IMG/VR virus record: IMGVR_UViG_3300045580_000523
Location: 1-26,176 of that record
Source of the DNA: a virus
Lineage: Duplodnaviria > Caudoviricetes
Length of the DNA: 26,176 bases
Reading direction: 5' to 3' (one strand)
In this document: piece after piece, positions 1 to 10,349 of the stretch
Layout: the number at the start of each line of letters is the position of its first letter
Numbering within the stretch: the stretch's first letter is position 1
Position numbers and translations under genes: made by a program
The notes under the pieces: model-generated
Told to the model about the DNA's origin: nothing
Databases searched by the model: none
What the model saw: only the letters and a program-made list of their open reading frames with translations

Positions 1-3000
1 GGCGGGATGCTCGGCATGGCCGGCAAGGCGATTCCGATCCTGGGGCAGCTGGGCCTGGCCGCTACCGGCGTGCAGGCGATCTTCGGGGGACTGCAGGGAG
101 CGGTCAACGCCGTGCTGGCCCCGCTGCAGCAGCTCTCGGCTGAGGCCGGCCGGCTGAACAAGCAGGTGGCAGAAGCGGGGATTTTCGCGGCGCAGAGCTT
201 CGCGATCCTCGGGCCTGATGGAAAGCTGGTGGAGGGCACCGCCCGCCAGATGCAGATGGTGCGCGGCGCAATCCTGAAGGAATACAAGGGAATTCAGCAG
301 GAGGTGGCCAACATCAGCGGTGCCACTGCCAGCGAGATCTACGACGGCTTCAATATCATCCTTGAGAACATCAGCAGCCTTGGCGAGAAAGGCACGCTGG
401 AGAACTCCGCCAAACTGGCCACCAGGATGGCGGCCGGGATGAACACTCTCGGCATTCCTGGCTATCAACTGCGGCAGGAAGTGAATGCGCTGATGATGGG
501 CAACATCGATCGCAACGCGATGATGGCCACCAAGCTGGGCATCACCAACGAGGACTTTAAGCGCGAGACGTCGCAAGGAACCTATAACGACTTCCTGATG
601 AAGAAGTTGGAGAAGCTCTACGAGGGCCAGAAGGTGCTGGCGCTGAGCCTGGCGAACGTCATGAGCAACTTCGACGATGTGAACCAGGCGATCGCTTCGG
701 AATCGGGCCAGCCGCTGGAGCGGGACACCGCTCAGATGATGCAGACGATCCTGGTGACGTTCAAGAACCTGCAGGGCAGCTTCACCGGGTTCTTCAAGAG
801 CATCGCCGAGGCGGTGGGGCCGATCATCAAGATGCTCGGACCGGTCGTGTCGGTTCTCACCTCCATTGGCGCAGCAGCGTCATCGGTGGGTCGGATAATC
901 ATGGAACCGCTCGGCCTGCTCACTGCGATCTTCGGCAAATTGCTGCCTGTAGGAACAGCTGTTGCCAGGACGTTTGAGGTGATCACGAGAGTGATCCAAC
1001 TGTTGGCAGAAAGCATCGGGGCTGTGATCAACCCGATCAAGGCGCTGTTCACTGTGGATACGGACACCGCCAACGATGGCGTGAACAGTTTCTTCGACAA
1101 CATGATAAAGGGGTTGGAGGCTGCAAGCAGTGCCATCGCATCCTTCCAGAAGATGTGGTCGGGAATGATGCTGAATGTGGGCCTCGCTGGCCTGCGCGGC
1201 AGCATGAGGACGAAGGGCGCAACAGAGAAGGAAATCCAGGATGCCGAGAAGGACTACAGAGAGCGCTTCAAAACCCAGACCGGTCTGACCGAAGCTGTGG
1301 AATTGCGCAGTCTCCAGCTTGATCCGAAGGCAAAAAATTACATTGAGGAGCTGAACAACAGGCTCGGCACTGGATCGACGCGGGCTCTCAACATCTCCAA
1401 GGCTTGGGCCGACATCAAGCAGAAGGCCTACCAGAACGAGATCAAGGCGCTGGAACAGGGCCTGACCCTGATGAACAAGCAGAAGGAGCTGGCCGAGGCG
1501 ATGAGCGCGGCCGCTGCCGCCCGCCGGGCCCTGGAGGCCCGCGGCTACGAGCTGGGCGTGCAGGTGGCCGCCAGCCCGGAGGCCAAGGCCGCTGCCGAGG
1601 CCCGCCTGGCTGACCTGAAGCTCAGCCAGGAGAAGGAAGCGATCGCCGAGCGCCGGGGGATTCTCCAGACGGAGCGGGAGCTGCAGCAACGGCAGATGCA
1701 GATCCAGGAGAAGCAGATCAAGATCCAGCAGGAGCAGCTGAAGATCCAGCTGGCGGAGGCCCGTGCCGATCAGGTGCGCGTAGACGAGGCCACCAAGGCC
1801 GCCCTGAAGGCCCGGGGAAACACCAAGGTTGGCAGCCCGGAATGGCAGGGCTTCACGCGAGAACTCAATGTGTTGGCCGCTGAGCGCACCCGTAATACGA
1901 CCCGCGTCACTGGTGCGCAGAGAGCCGTGCAACTGGCCTTCGAGGCAGAAGGCCAGGTGGGGACCTTGGCGAGTCTCCAGGCGCAGGTGCTGGGTCTGCA
2001 GGAGCAGCAGCTCGACATTCAGGGCCAGTCGGCCCAGTACACCCGTGAGCAGCAGCGGCTCCTGGCCGAGATCAGCGCCGAAGAGCAGCGCATCACCAAC
2101 ACGCTCACCCGCACCACGAACGAGCAGAACCGCAAGAAGCTGGCCCTGGAGAACCAGAGCGAGGAGATCACCCGGCAGAACACGCTCCTCGAGCGGCAGA
2201 GCCGGCTGGAGAAAGCCCAGGCCGATCTGGCCACGACGCGCGCCAAGTCGGAGGTGCAGGCCGCCCAGCGCCTGGCCGAGATCCAGGAGCTGCAGGACCG
2301 GGCCCGCAGCGGCGGCGGCACCGCCTCGGTGATCGAGGCCCAGATCGCGGCGGCTGCGGCCGGCGTGAGCGGGATGGAAACGGCGGCCCAGGTGCAGGAA
2401 CGGCTGTACCAGGCCAAGGAGCAGCAGATGACCCGCGAGCACGCGCTGCAGCAGCGGCAGCTGGAGGTGCAGCAGAAGCGGGAAGAGAGCGAGCTGCGGA
2501 TCCAGCGGATCCGGTTTCAGAGCCAGCAGGTGGAAGCCACACTGCAGCGGGCGCAGATCATGGCGGACATCGCCCGGCTAACCCAGAAGCAGCGGCAGGA
2601 TGCGATCGCTCCGCAGCTGGCGGGGGCCAGCAGCGTGCCGGCGCTGGGAAGCGTGGGAGGTGGTGTGGCCCCAATCCCTGCCGGCGCCCAGACCAGCCGG
2701 ACCCGCGACCCCGATGCCGAGGCCACCGGTTGGGACATCGTGATGCCGGGCGGCCGCGGCGCCCCGGTCAGGGCCCCCGTGGCGTTGACGATCACCGGCA
2801 CTGGGTTCCAGGGCAGCGGTGCGGGAGCCAGCGGCAGGGGATACGGCAACTGGATCTCAGGAGAGTTCCAGCTGGGTGGCAAGAAATATGAGCTGTTGCT
2901 GGGCCACTTCGACCGAGTCGACGTTGCGCCTGGGATGCAGGTTCCTGTGGGCGGCCAGATCGGGACACAGGGCATCACCGGCCGCACGTTCGGCACGCAT

Positions 3001-4767
3001 GTGACCACCCATGTGAATCCCAAGGGCGGGGCCAGTGTTGCGGATGCCTGGGGAGCCCTGGACTCCATCACGAAAATCTGGGAGCGCGGGACAGCTGGCA
3101 TGGCGAGCGGCGCCACAGCTGGCGCGGGCGCGCCAACTGCCCCGACGTTGCCGCCACCGAACACGAACCCGAAGCTGCTGCGGATCATGCAGGCTGCGCG
3201 CGGCGCCGGCTTCCAGGGGGAAGACCTGATCCGGATGACAGCCGTGGCGATGGCGGAGAGCTCCGGCAACGTTCAGGCCTTCAACAACAACGCCCGCACC
3301 GGAGACCTGAGCTACGGCGCCTTCCAGGTGAACATGCGTGGCGACCTGGGGCCCGCTCGCCGGCGGCAGTTCGGCCTGCCCAACAACGAGGCCCTCTTTG
3401 ATCTGGGCACCAACGCGCGTGTGGCGAAGGCGATCTTCGACAGCCAGGGGATCAACGCCTGGGGAGCATTCCGCGATGGCCGCTTCCAGGAGTGGATGGG
3501 GCAGGCCCGAGCTGCAGCCCCCTCCGTGATGGGATCGGTTGCCGCCGCTGGCGGCGCCGTGGCGCCCAGCACCGCCCTACAGGCCCAGGCCCTGCAGCAG
3601 AGACTGACGGGCCTGGACTCCCAGGACACGCAACTGGTCAGGGCGCTGGACGAGAACACCCAGGCCATGGAAGAGCTCAAGAACATCTTCGGCCTGCAGA
3701 AGGAGAACCTCACCGAGCAGCAGCTGGCCGAGCGGGCCCAGTTCGAGTACGAGCGGGTGAAGGCCCAGCTCACGGCCCAGGTGATGAAGACGCCCGAGGG
3801 CCGGCTGGCGATCGCCACCGGGGATGCGGTGAGCAGCGGCATCAGCAGCTCCGTGTCCGGTGCCCTGCAGGCCCTGCTCAACGGTGGCGATGTGAAGCAG
3901 GCGGTGAGCAGCGCGCTGGCGCAGGCGGGGCAGTCGCTGATGCAGGCCACGCTCGATGCCTTGCTCAACCCGCTGCTGGCGCAGCTGCAGGGGGGCATCG
4001 TGAAGGCGGTCACCGGGATCGACATCCAGGGCTCGGCTCTGCAGATGGCCGCAACGGCTCAGCAGGGTGCTGCCAGCACGCTGGTGCAAGCCGCTGGGCT
4101 GCAGATCAATGCCGCCACGGCCTTGATGGCCGCGGCCGGTGCCGGCGGCGTGGATGGGGTGGGCAACACCGCCAGCTCCCTGTTTTCGCTGGCGGCCAAG
4201 ATCCCCAGCCTGATCGGTGGCTTCGCGGGGCTGAGCAGCGGGCTGGATTTTGCGGCCGGCTTCAGCAGCATCGACAGCGCCCTGCCGGATTACGCGAGCC
4301 TGCCGATGCTCACCCCCACCACTCCGGGCCGGGCCGGCGGCGGCGAGATCGAGTACGGCCTCGACTACCTGGTGGGCGAGCGGAACGCGGAGATCGTGCG
4401 CTTCAACAAGGCCGGCGGGAAGGTGTTCAGCAACCGCGCCCTCACCAAGGCGCTCGGCGTGCCGTTCCAGCGCGCCCCCGGCGGCGCCACCACCGTTGCG
4501 GAAGGTGGCGGCGATGCGATGGGCATCCCGTTCCTCAAGGCCCGGCCGGGCGGCAGCAGCGGCAGTGGTGCCGGGGCGGCCCCCATGGCGCGCTCCAGCG
4601 CTCTGCGGCTGAGCGTCGACACCCAGGTGATCAACGGCGTCGAGTACGCCACGGTGGAGCAGGTGCGGCAGGCCGCAGCGGCAGCAGCCCAGGCCGGCCG
4701 TGATTCGGTGGCCTACGACCTGCGCAACAGCCCCTCCTTCCAGCGCAGCGTGGGAATGGGCGGATGA
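1..4767 (+). CDS. Tail tape measure protein (5'-truncated) with M23-like and lytic transglycosylase domains
   Basis: Frame is open from base 1 (first ATG at 7). Long Ala/Gln/Glu-rich helical and coiled-coil protein. M23-like segment (GWDI..GAPVRAP..GYGN..GHFD..GxTG) at ~2719-3015. SLT/lysozyme-like segment (AVAMAESSG..YGAFQVN..N..AW) at ~3229-3480. C-terminal RAGGG..YLVGERNAE motif typical of siphovirus TMPs. Followed by tail-tip genes. Confidence 0.9.
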   Translation, partial: GGMLGMAGKAIPILGQLGLAATGVQAIFGGLQGAVNAVLAPLQQLSAEAGRLNKQVAEAGIFAAQSFAILGPDGKLVEGTARQMQMVRGAILKEYKGIQQEVANISGATASEIYDGFNIILENISSLGEKGTLENSAKLATRMAAGMNTLGIPGYQLRQEVNALMMGNIDRNAMMATKLGITNEDFKRETSQGTYNDFLMKKLEKLYEGQKVLALSLANVMSNFDDVNQAIASESGQPLERDTAQMMQTILVTFKNLQGSFTGFFKSIAEAVGPIIKMLGPVVSVLTSIGAAASSVGRIIMEPLGLLTAIFGKLLPVGTAVARTFEVITRVIQLLAESIGAVINPIKALFTVDTDTANDGVNSFFDNMIKGLEAASSAIASFQKMWSGMMLNVGLAGLRGSMRTKGATEKEIQDAEKDYRERFKTQTGLTEAVELRSLQLDPKAKNYIEELNNRLGTGSTRALNISKAWADIKQKAYQNEIKALEQGLTLMNKQKELAEAMSAAAAARRALEARGYELGVQVAASPEAKAAAEARLADLKLSQEKEAIAERRGILQTERELQQRQMQIQEKQIKIQQEQLKIQLAEARADQVRVDEATKAALKARGNTKVGSPEWQGFTRELNVLAAERTRNTTRVTGAQRAVQLAFEAEGQVGTLASLQAQVLGLQEQQLDIQGQSAQYTREQQRLLAEISAEEQRITNTLTRTTNEQNRKKLALENQSEEITRQNTLLERQSRLEKAQADLATTRAKSEVQAAQRLAEIQELQDRARSGGGTASVIEAQIAAAAAGVSGMETAAQVQERLYQAKEQQMTREHALQQRQLEVQQKREESELRIQRIRFQSQQVEATLQRAQIMADIARLTQKQRQDAIAPQLAGASSVPALGSVGGGVAPIPAGAQTSRTRDPDAEATGWDIVMPGGRGAPVRAPVALTITGTGFQGSGAGASGRGYGNWISGEFQLGGKKYELLLGHFDRVDVAPGMQVPVGGQIGTQGITGRTFGTHVTTHVNPKGGASVADAWGALDSITKIWERGTAGMASGATAGAGAPTAPTLPPPNTNPKLLRIMQAARGAGFQGEDLIRMTAVAMAESSGNVQAFNNNARTGDLSYGAFQVNMRGDLGPARRRQFGLPNNEALFDLGTNARVAKAIFDSQGINAWGAFRDGRFQEWMGQARAAAPSVMGSVAAAGGAVAPSTALQAQALQQRLTGLDSQDTQLVRALDENTQAMEELKNIFGLQKENLTEQQLAERAQFEYERVKAQLTAQVMKTPEGRLAIATGDAVSSGISSSVSGALQALLNGGDVKQAVSSALAQAGQSLMQATLDALLNPLLAQLQGGIVKAVTGIDIQGSALQMAATAQQGAASTLVQAAGLQINAATALMAAAGAGGVDGVGNTASSLFSLAAKIPSLIGGFAGLSSGLDFAAGFSSIDSALPDYASLPMLTPTTPGRAGGGEIEYGLDYLVGERNAEIVRFNKAGGKVFSNRALTKALGVPFQRAPGGATTVAEGGGDAMGIPFLKARPGGSSGSGAGAAPMARSSALRLSVDTQVINGVEYATVEQVRQAAAAAAQAGRDSVAYDLRNSPSFQRSVGMGG

Positions 4768-5228
4768 TCGAGATCTGCGCCTACATCTCCTTCCAGGCCG
4801 ATGGGGAGCCGGTGCCCGGCTACGCCTGGCAGAACCTGTTCACGGGGCAGACCCGCATCTACGACGGGCGGCCGCACACCTCGATGGGGTTCCGGATCTC
4901 CGATTCGGCCGGTGCCCGCGGCGGCGATCGCTCGCAGGGCCGGCTGGCGATGAACCGCAACCAGCTGGCGCTGAACGTGCTGGCGGAGGCCCGGGCGAAC
5001 CAGTGGAAGCTGCGCGCTGATGTGGTGCTCTGCGACGTGGCGGCCGGCACGGATGTGCGGCTGCTGTCTCGCCATCTCTGGCGGTTGGGCCCGATCGAAC
5101 GGCGCGACATCATCACCGTGACGCTCAACTCCCCGCTGGATGCGCTGCGGGGCGATGCGCCGCGGCGGCGGCTCACCACCGAGCTGGTGGGCCAGGTGCC
5201 CGACACCGGTCAGATCTTCATTGCCTGA
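4764..5228 (+). CDS. Minor tail protein (gpL/DUF1833-like position)
   Basis: ATGA overlap with the TMP stop. 154 aa with C-terminal LNSPLDAL..PRRRLT..LVG motif resembling siphovirus tail-tip proteins. Lies between TMP and NlpC/P60. Confidence 0.65.
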   Translation: MIEICAYISFQADGEPVPGYAWQNLFTGQTRIYDGRPHTSMGFRISDSAGARGGDRSQGRLAMNRNQLALNVLAEARANQWKLRADVVLCDVAAGTDVRLLSRHLWRLGPIERRDIITVTLNSPLDALRGDAPRRRLTTELVGQVPDTGQIFIA

Positions 5229-5671
5229 TGCCCATGCCGCAGCACGCCACACAGACCGCTCCCTGGGCGCGATACATCGGCCTCCCCTACCGCTGGGGTG
5301 GGGATCCGGATCGCCATGGCGCCACCGACTGCCTGCGCCTCACCATCGCCGTGCTGGGCCTCTACGACGCCCCCCGGCCGCCGCGGATCAAACGGGAGTG
5401 GTACGAGGCCGCCGGCCGCTGCCGCTGGCGGCCATTGCTCGAGGAGCTCGCGGCCATCAGCCGCCCGGTGCCGGGTGCGATGCCGCTCGATGTGGCGCTG
5501 CTGGCCGGCGGTGAGCCGATCGCCCTGGGCGTGTGCGTTGCGGGAGGGCTGCTCACCACCTGCCAGGGGCAGGGCGTGCACTGGCGCCCGCTGGCGGCCT
5601 GCCAGATCCGGCGGTGGTTCCAGTTCCTGCCGCCTGCTCCCGCCAGCACCGCTCCCACCCTGATCCTGTGA
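5228..5671 (+). CDS. NlpC/P60-fold tail assembly protein (gpK-like)
   Basis: TGATG coupling. YIGLPYRWGG..TDC motif with the catalytic Cys. The expected catalytic His is not evident. Confidence 0.8.
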   Translation: MPMPQHATQTAPWARYIGLPYRWGGDPDRHGATDCLRLTIAVLGLYDAPRPPRIKREWYEAAGRCRWRPLLEELAAISRPVPGAMPLDVALLAGGEPIALGVCVAGGLLTTCQGQGVHWRPLAACQIRRWFQFLPPAPASTAPTLIL

Positions 5672-8600
5672 CGCGCCACCCACGCCCTCTCCCTGGTGAT
5701 GCCTATCTGGCGCAGCTGCTCGGCTGGAGCGAAGACCAGCTGCTGCGGTATCAGATCGAACGGCAGCAGGCCGCGGCGATCGAGAACGAGCGGAACCCGC
5801 CGGTCGCCACCTGCGATCCCGGCACGCTGGCGGTGATTTCCCTGGTCACCACCATCCTGTCGGTCGGCTACACGGTCCTCTCTACCCTGCTGGCGCCCAA
5901 GCCACGGCGGCCCGGGCAGGTGATCACCAAGCAGCGGCAGGGCGAGACGATCACCGATGGCGCCCGCTACACGCCACGGCCGGGCTTCGACTCGACACAG
6001 GAGGTGGCGCGGCTCGGCACCGTGATCCCGATCACCTTCGCGCGGCGTGAGTATCTGCCGGCCCTCAACGGCCGCCCCGAGGGCTGGTACGGCGGCTGTC
6101 GCGTCGACCTTGGCCTGCTGTGGTCTCAGCTGGTGGCCATTGACGGCTCCCAGCTGTTTCGCGGCGTCTACGTGCTTGGCGAAGGCCCGATGGCGGAGAT
6201 CGACCCGGAGGGCTTCGCCATCGGCAACAACCCCCTCCGCTCCTATGACCTTGGCACCGCCGGCGCCAATGAGGCCGCTGCGCGGGTGACGATCTACAGC
6301 CGCCTTGGAGGCGGGCGGATCCGCTCCACCGATCGCATCGCCGGCCGCCTGGCGGTCAACGACAGCGGCAACATGGAGAACGCCGGTGGCGGCGACGTGT
6401 TCCAGGTACGCAGCACCGGCGGCGTGATCCGCCCCGATGCCTGCGCCACCGCACGGCCCAGCAGCTCCACCGCCTGCGGGCTCTATGCCACGGTCGGCAA
6501 CGGCCTCGGCTACCGGGTCAACCCCCAGCTGCGGCCCACCCGCCAGTTCGCCGCCACCCCGAAAAGCAACAGCGGCGATCAGCGGATCAATCCCGTCGAC
6601 GATCCGGTGGCGCTTGGCTCTATCTGGAAGGCGCGGCGAATGTGGTCCGGCCGCAGCGGCGTCACGGCCACCTCGACCGGGGTCACCAATGGCAGTGCCA
6701 CGCTCAGCGTTGGTGACACCTTCGACTATCTGTTGTCGCGCAGCAGCGATGCGCTGACAAAGCTGAAGTTCAACAGCACCAACACCGATGCCGAAATTGA
6801 TCACATCGAAACCTGCTCTGATGTGGCCGCGGCGATCAGCGGTCGCCAACGTAGTGCAGATGATGCCCTGAAAGTGGGCGAGTTGTTCAAGTGCGGCAGT
6901 TGCCTGGCCGTGCTGGAGCAGCGCACGCCATCTGATCGCCTGTTCATCTCCAATGCTGACAATCAGCCGGTTGGAAATGGCCAAGAAATTATGGTTCGTT
7001 TTCGGGTCGTCCGTGCTGGCGTTGTGTTTGTGACGCCTGACTCCGAGATCAATCCATCCGGAACCGGTCAGGAACAGTTTCCACCACGCATCACCAAGAA
7101 CATCGACTGGGAATGGACAGCGGTGGATCCTGGACCCCGATATGCGACAGGCACCAGCCGGGGCCACCTGCACCGATGCGCCATCGGTGATTTCACCCTC
7201 ACCAAGCCGGCGCGCATCATCGAGATCGGTTTGCGCAGCACGTTGGGGATGCGCGGCAGCGGCTTCACCAACCTGCGACAGGTTCCCACCCTTCGGGAGA
7301 TCAACCGGCTGGCCGGTGGAGAGCGTGGCGGGGAAACGCTCAAGGCGGGCCAGAAGATCAAGGTCGCGCAGTTCCAAAGCGGTGCCCGCAATTTCAACGA
7401 GGAGCGCTATGCCTTTGTGCGGATCAGCTATCGGGCGGAGGGCTCCGCAGCGTTTGTGGAACTCCCCACCCTTTATGGAGTGCGTGGATTCACCCAGCAG
7501 GCGCAAACCAATGGCCTGCAGCTCGAGCTTCCTGACGGGGCACGCTGCGCGCAGATTCGCCTTGAACCCATCAGCGGTTGGGAGATCCGCTCCGGCACGG
7601 CCACCGGGCAGCTGGCGGTACTCGACAGCCGCATGACCACTCTGCAGACCGTTGTCGATGGTGCCTGCACGGTCCGCTATGTCGGGGAGGCGCCGTTTGC
7701 CCGCAGCCAGGAGCGATTTGCGCTCAACGCGATCGAACCCGACCTTCGCACCTCCCTGGTGGGAGTGGTGACCACCACCGGTGCCGTGCGGGCCCTGCCT
7801 GGCACCTACACCGATGTGCAGCTGCTGCAGGGGGGCCGAGACAGAGGAGCCCGGGCGACCGTGACGGTGCCTAGCGATGGGTCCTTCAACAGCTCCAACA
7901 TCACGATCACCAAACCAGCTGCTGGCTTCAACGACGGCCCGGTCAGCCTGGCCAATGGCACCACCGCCGGCTCTGCGGTGATCGCCTCCCGCAGCTTCAC
8001 GGTCTCCGTTGCCAGCACTGACCCGACGCTGCTGTTTGATTTCAGCCTGGATTACGTTCGGCTGGCAACGGTCAACGACGAGCCGGCGCCACGGGTTGGC
8101 AGCCGCGTCAGCCTCTCCTCAACCGGCACGCTGCCGGAGGGCTTCAACACGTACACCACCTATTTCGTGGTGGAGGCAGCAGAGTCAGAGTTCAGCCTCG
8201 GCCTCACGGCAAATGGTGCATCCATCTACCCCACCAGCGTGGGCTCTGGCGTGATCACCTGCACGCAATGGGTGCAGGCCTACGCGGTCACCGCTGACGC
8301 CAGCACCAACCGCCTGACCGTCACCGATGCGGCCGCGGCCCCGTTGATCGGCACACCGCTGCAGATCGCCGCGGAACTGCTGCTGCCGGAGCCGCTGCTG
8401 GCCGGAACCACCTACTGGGTGGTGGCCAACCCAACGACCACCACAATGGAGATCAGCGCCACGGCTGGTGGCGCTGCCATCAACATCACCAGCGCCGGCG
8501 TCGGTGCCTTGTCGGCCCGAATCAGCAACGCCATCAACTGGGCCGGGACCGGGATCCTCGGCAAGACCGATCTGGGCCTGGGTTGGAGCGATGGCGATGC

Positions 8601-9864
8601 CATGACGGATCCCTGGGGCAAGGTGGCGGAGGCCTTTGTCTACGACGAGATCCAGACCACGGCCAGCCAGGGGCCTGAGCACGAGATCGCCTTCGTCAAC
8701 ATCATCCAGACCAATGCCACGGCACCCACCTACGAGGGGATCGCCGGGGTGGGGATGAACATCCGCTCGGCGCTGGAGATGCAGAGCGTGAACCAGCTGT
8801 CGGCCCAGGTGATCGGCGGCCACATCTGCCCCCGCTACATCGAGGAGACCGAGGGCCCCACCCACCTGCTGCCTGACATCTTCTCCCGGCTGGCCCTGAG
8901 CCCGAAGTTCGGTGCCGGACAGGACGTGAGCGCCGAGCAGATCAATGCCCCCAGCTTCCAGGCCGCGGCGCAGTGGTGCTTCGAGCGGCGGTACTTCTTT
9001 GATGGCACGCTGCCGGAACCGGAGAACCTCAGGCAGTGGGCAGCGGATCAGGCCGGCCTTCATCTGCTCGCCTTCTACGAGCTGAATGGGCAGTTCTATT
9101 TCAAGCCGGCCCTCTCGTTCGATCCGGTGCCGATCGTCGACCTGTTCACCGCCGCCAACATCCAGAAGGGGACGTTTCAGAGCACCACCAGCGACGACGA
9201 CCAGCGCCAACCCATCCAGGTGAGCGGGCTGTATCGGGAGGAGCGCAGCAACGATGACCTGCTCTCCCCCGGGGTGTTCTCGACGGTGCGGGAGATCACG
9301 ATCCGGGAGGCTTCCGCCAGCGACAGCGACCCGGTGGTGCCGCTGGACATGAGGAGCAGCTGCACCAACCGCTGGCACCTGATCGACGCGATGAAATATC
9401 TGATCCGCTGGCGCCGCCTGGTGGGAGACCCGATCAGCTTCGAGACCACCTACGCCGGCCTGCTGCGGCCGATCGCACCGGAGGATCACATCGCAGTGGC
9501 CTACGACGAAACCCTCGAGGATCTCTACAGCAACGGCGCCGTGCTGGCCGATGGCACCCTGGTGGCCTCTGAGCCGCTGGAGGATGGCTCCTATGAGGTG
9601 CTGGCCTGGGATGGCACCACCCCGCCGGGGCCGACACTGCAGACGCTGGCGGTGAGTGGTGGCGGCACCAGAGGCAACCTGCTGGGCAGCGCCTGGACCC
9701 GCACCGCGCCACCGCAGGTGCGCACCTACCGGGTGATGCGCGTCACGCCCACCGATGACGGCCGGCAGAAGATCGAGGCGGTGCTGATGCCCACCGACGC
9801 TTCTGGCCGCCTGCTGCTCTCCCTAGATTGGGATGAGCCGAGCGCGTGGGTGATCCGCGGCTGA
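5668..9864 (+). CDS. Tail tip / host-specificity protein (gpI-gpJ-like fusion)
   Basis: GTG at 5668 overlaps the NlpC stop (GTGA) and is in frame with the 5533 ORF. N-terminal hydrophobic helix plus LLAPKP..GFDSTQEVARLGTVIP (gpI-like). C-terminal J-like motifs (FGAG..I..F..AA.WC..RYFFDG; LFTAANI..F). Confidence 0.8.
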   Translation: MTRHPRPLPGDAYLAQLLGWSEDQLLRYQIERQQAAAIENERNPPVATCDPGTLAVISLVTTILSVGYTVLSTLLAPKPRRPGQVITKQRQGETITDGARYTPRPGFDSTQEVARLGTVIPITFARREYLPALNGRPEGWYGGCRVDLGLLWSQLVAIDGSQLFRGVYVLGEGPMAEIDPEGFAIGNNPLRSYDLGTAGANEAAARVTIYSRLGGGRIRSTDRIAGRLAVNDSGNMENAGGGDVFQVRSTGGVIRPDACATARPSSSTACGLYATVGNGLGYRVNPQLRPTRQFAATPKSNSGDQRINPVDDPVALGSIWKARRMWSGRSGVTATSTGVTNGSATLSVGDTFDYLLSRSSDALTKLKFNSTNTDAEIDHIETCSDVAAAISGRQRSADDALKVGELFKCGSCLAVLEQRTPSDRLFISNADNQPVGNGQEIMVRFRVVRAGVVFVTPDSEINPSGTGQEQFPPRITKNIDWEWTAVDPGPRYATGTSRGHLHRCAIGDFTLTKPARIIEIGLRSTLGMRGSGFTNLRQVPTLREINRLAGGERGGETLKAGQKIKVAQFQSGARNFNEERYAFVRISYRAEGSAAFVELPTLYGVRGFTQQAQTNGLQLELPDGARCAQIRLEPISGWEIRSGTATGQLAVLDSRMTTLQTVVDGACTVRYVGEAPFARSQERFALNAIEPDLRTSLVGVVTTTGAVRALPGTYTDVQLLQGGRDRGARATVTVPSDGSFNSSNITITKPAAGFNDGPVSLANGTTAGSAVIASRSFTVSVASTDPTLLFDFSLDYVRLATVNDEPAPRVGSRVSLSSTGTLPEGFNTYTTYFVVEAAESEFSLGLTANGASIYPTSVGSGVITCTQWVQAYAVTADASTNRLTVTDAAAAPLIGTPLQIAAELLLPEPLLAGTTYWVVANPTTTTMEISATAGGAAINITSAGVGALSARISNAINWAGTGILGKTDLGLGWSDGDAMTDPWGKVAEAFVYDEIQTTASQGPEHEIAFVNIIQTNATAPTYEGIAGVGMNIRSALEMQSVNQLSAQVIGGHICPRYIEETEGPTHLLPDIFSRLALSPKFGAGQDVSAEQINAPSFQAAAQWCFERRYFFDGTLPEPENLRQWAADQAGLHLLAFYELNGQFYFKPALSFDPVPIVDLFTAANIQKGTFQSTTSDDDQRQPIQVSGLYREERSNDDLLSPGVFSTVREITIREASASDSDPVVPLDMRSSCTNRWHLIDAMKYLIRWRRLVGDPISFETTYAGLLRPIAPEDHIAVAYDETLEDLYSNGAVLADGTLVASEPLEDGSYEVLAWDGTTPPGPTLQTLAVSGGGTRGNLLGSAWTRTAPPQVRTYRVMRVTPTDDGRQKIEAVLMPTDASGRLLLSLDWDEPSAWVIRG

Positions 9865-10283
9865 TGGGCATTGCCTTCCCTGCCATCGAGCCAACGGCCT
9901 TCGCATTCACGATGCCGCGCCATCCGGTGACCAGCGCGATGTCGGAAAGCGGCGTTGAAGATCATCGGCTCTGGGGCACGGTGGCCGTGCGGGGCCTGCT
10001 CGAGCTGGAGTTTGCCAACATCCGCACCGCCAGCGCCACAGCGATCCTCGCCACCTTCCACCAGAGCTATTCGGGCCTGCTGGCTCTTGATCTGCCCGAC
10101 ATCCTGTTTGCCGGGGTGACGGCCGATGATCGCGCCTTCATCGATTCAGTCACCACCGAAGCGGGCTTGCAGTGGTTCTGGCCCGTCGGCCAGGATGCCC
10201 CCACGCCTCGGCAGAGCCTGGTCTATCGGCATCGCTGCACCCTGCCGGTGCAGCTGCAGGCACGGCTCCAAAACAGCCCATAG
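9864..10283 (+). CDS. Distal-tail (Dit/gpM-like) protein
   Basis: ATG at 9864 in a TGATG overlap. FPAIEP..SESG.E..LELEFANI pattern resembles gpM/Dit-like minor tail proteins. Confidence 0.55.
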   Translation: MGIAFPAIEPTAFAFTMPRHPVTSAMSESGVEDHRLWGTVAVRGLLELEFANIRTASATAILATFHQSYSGLLALDLPDILFAGVTADDRAFIDSVTTEAGLQWFWPVGQDAPTPRQSLVYRHRCTLPVQLQARLQNSP

Positions 10284-10311
10284 GCCCGGGTGGGCGGCTG
10301 GCGATGGCGCT

Positions 10312-10322
10312 CTGCCTAGCCT
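10312..10322 (+). promoter_or_regulatory. CTGCCTAGCCT late-promoter-like motif
   Basis: Identical 11-mer at 11827-11837. TAGCCT is -10-like and lies ~28 nt before ATG 10350. Confidence 0.45.
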
Positions 10323-10349
10323 CCTGGAAAGACTGGGCTGTGGTTGGGG

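Noticed and set aside
5533-5667. ORF-track upstream starts (5533, 9846, 19742, 20270, 21340, 22175, 22840, 24311)
   Set aside because: Downstream starts with stop-start coupling or domain boundaries fit better.
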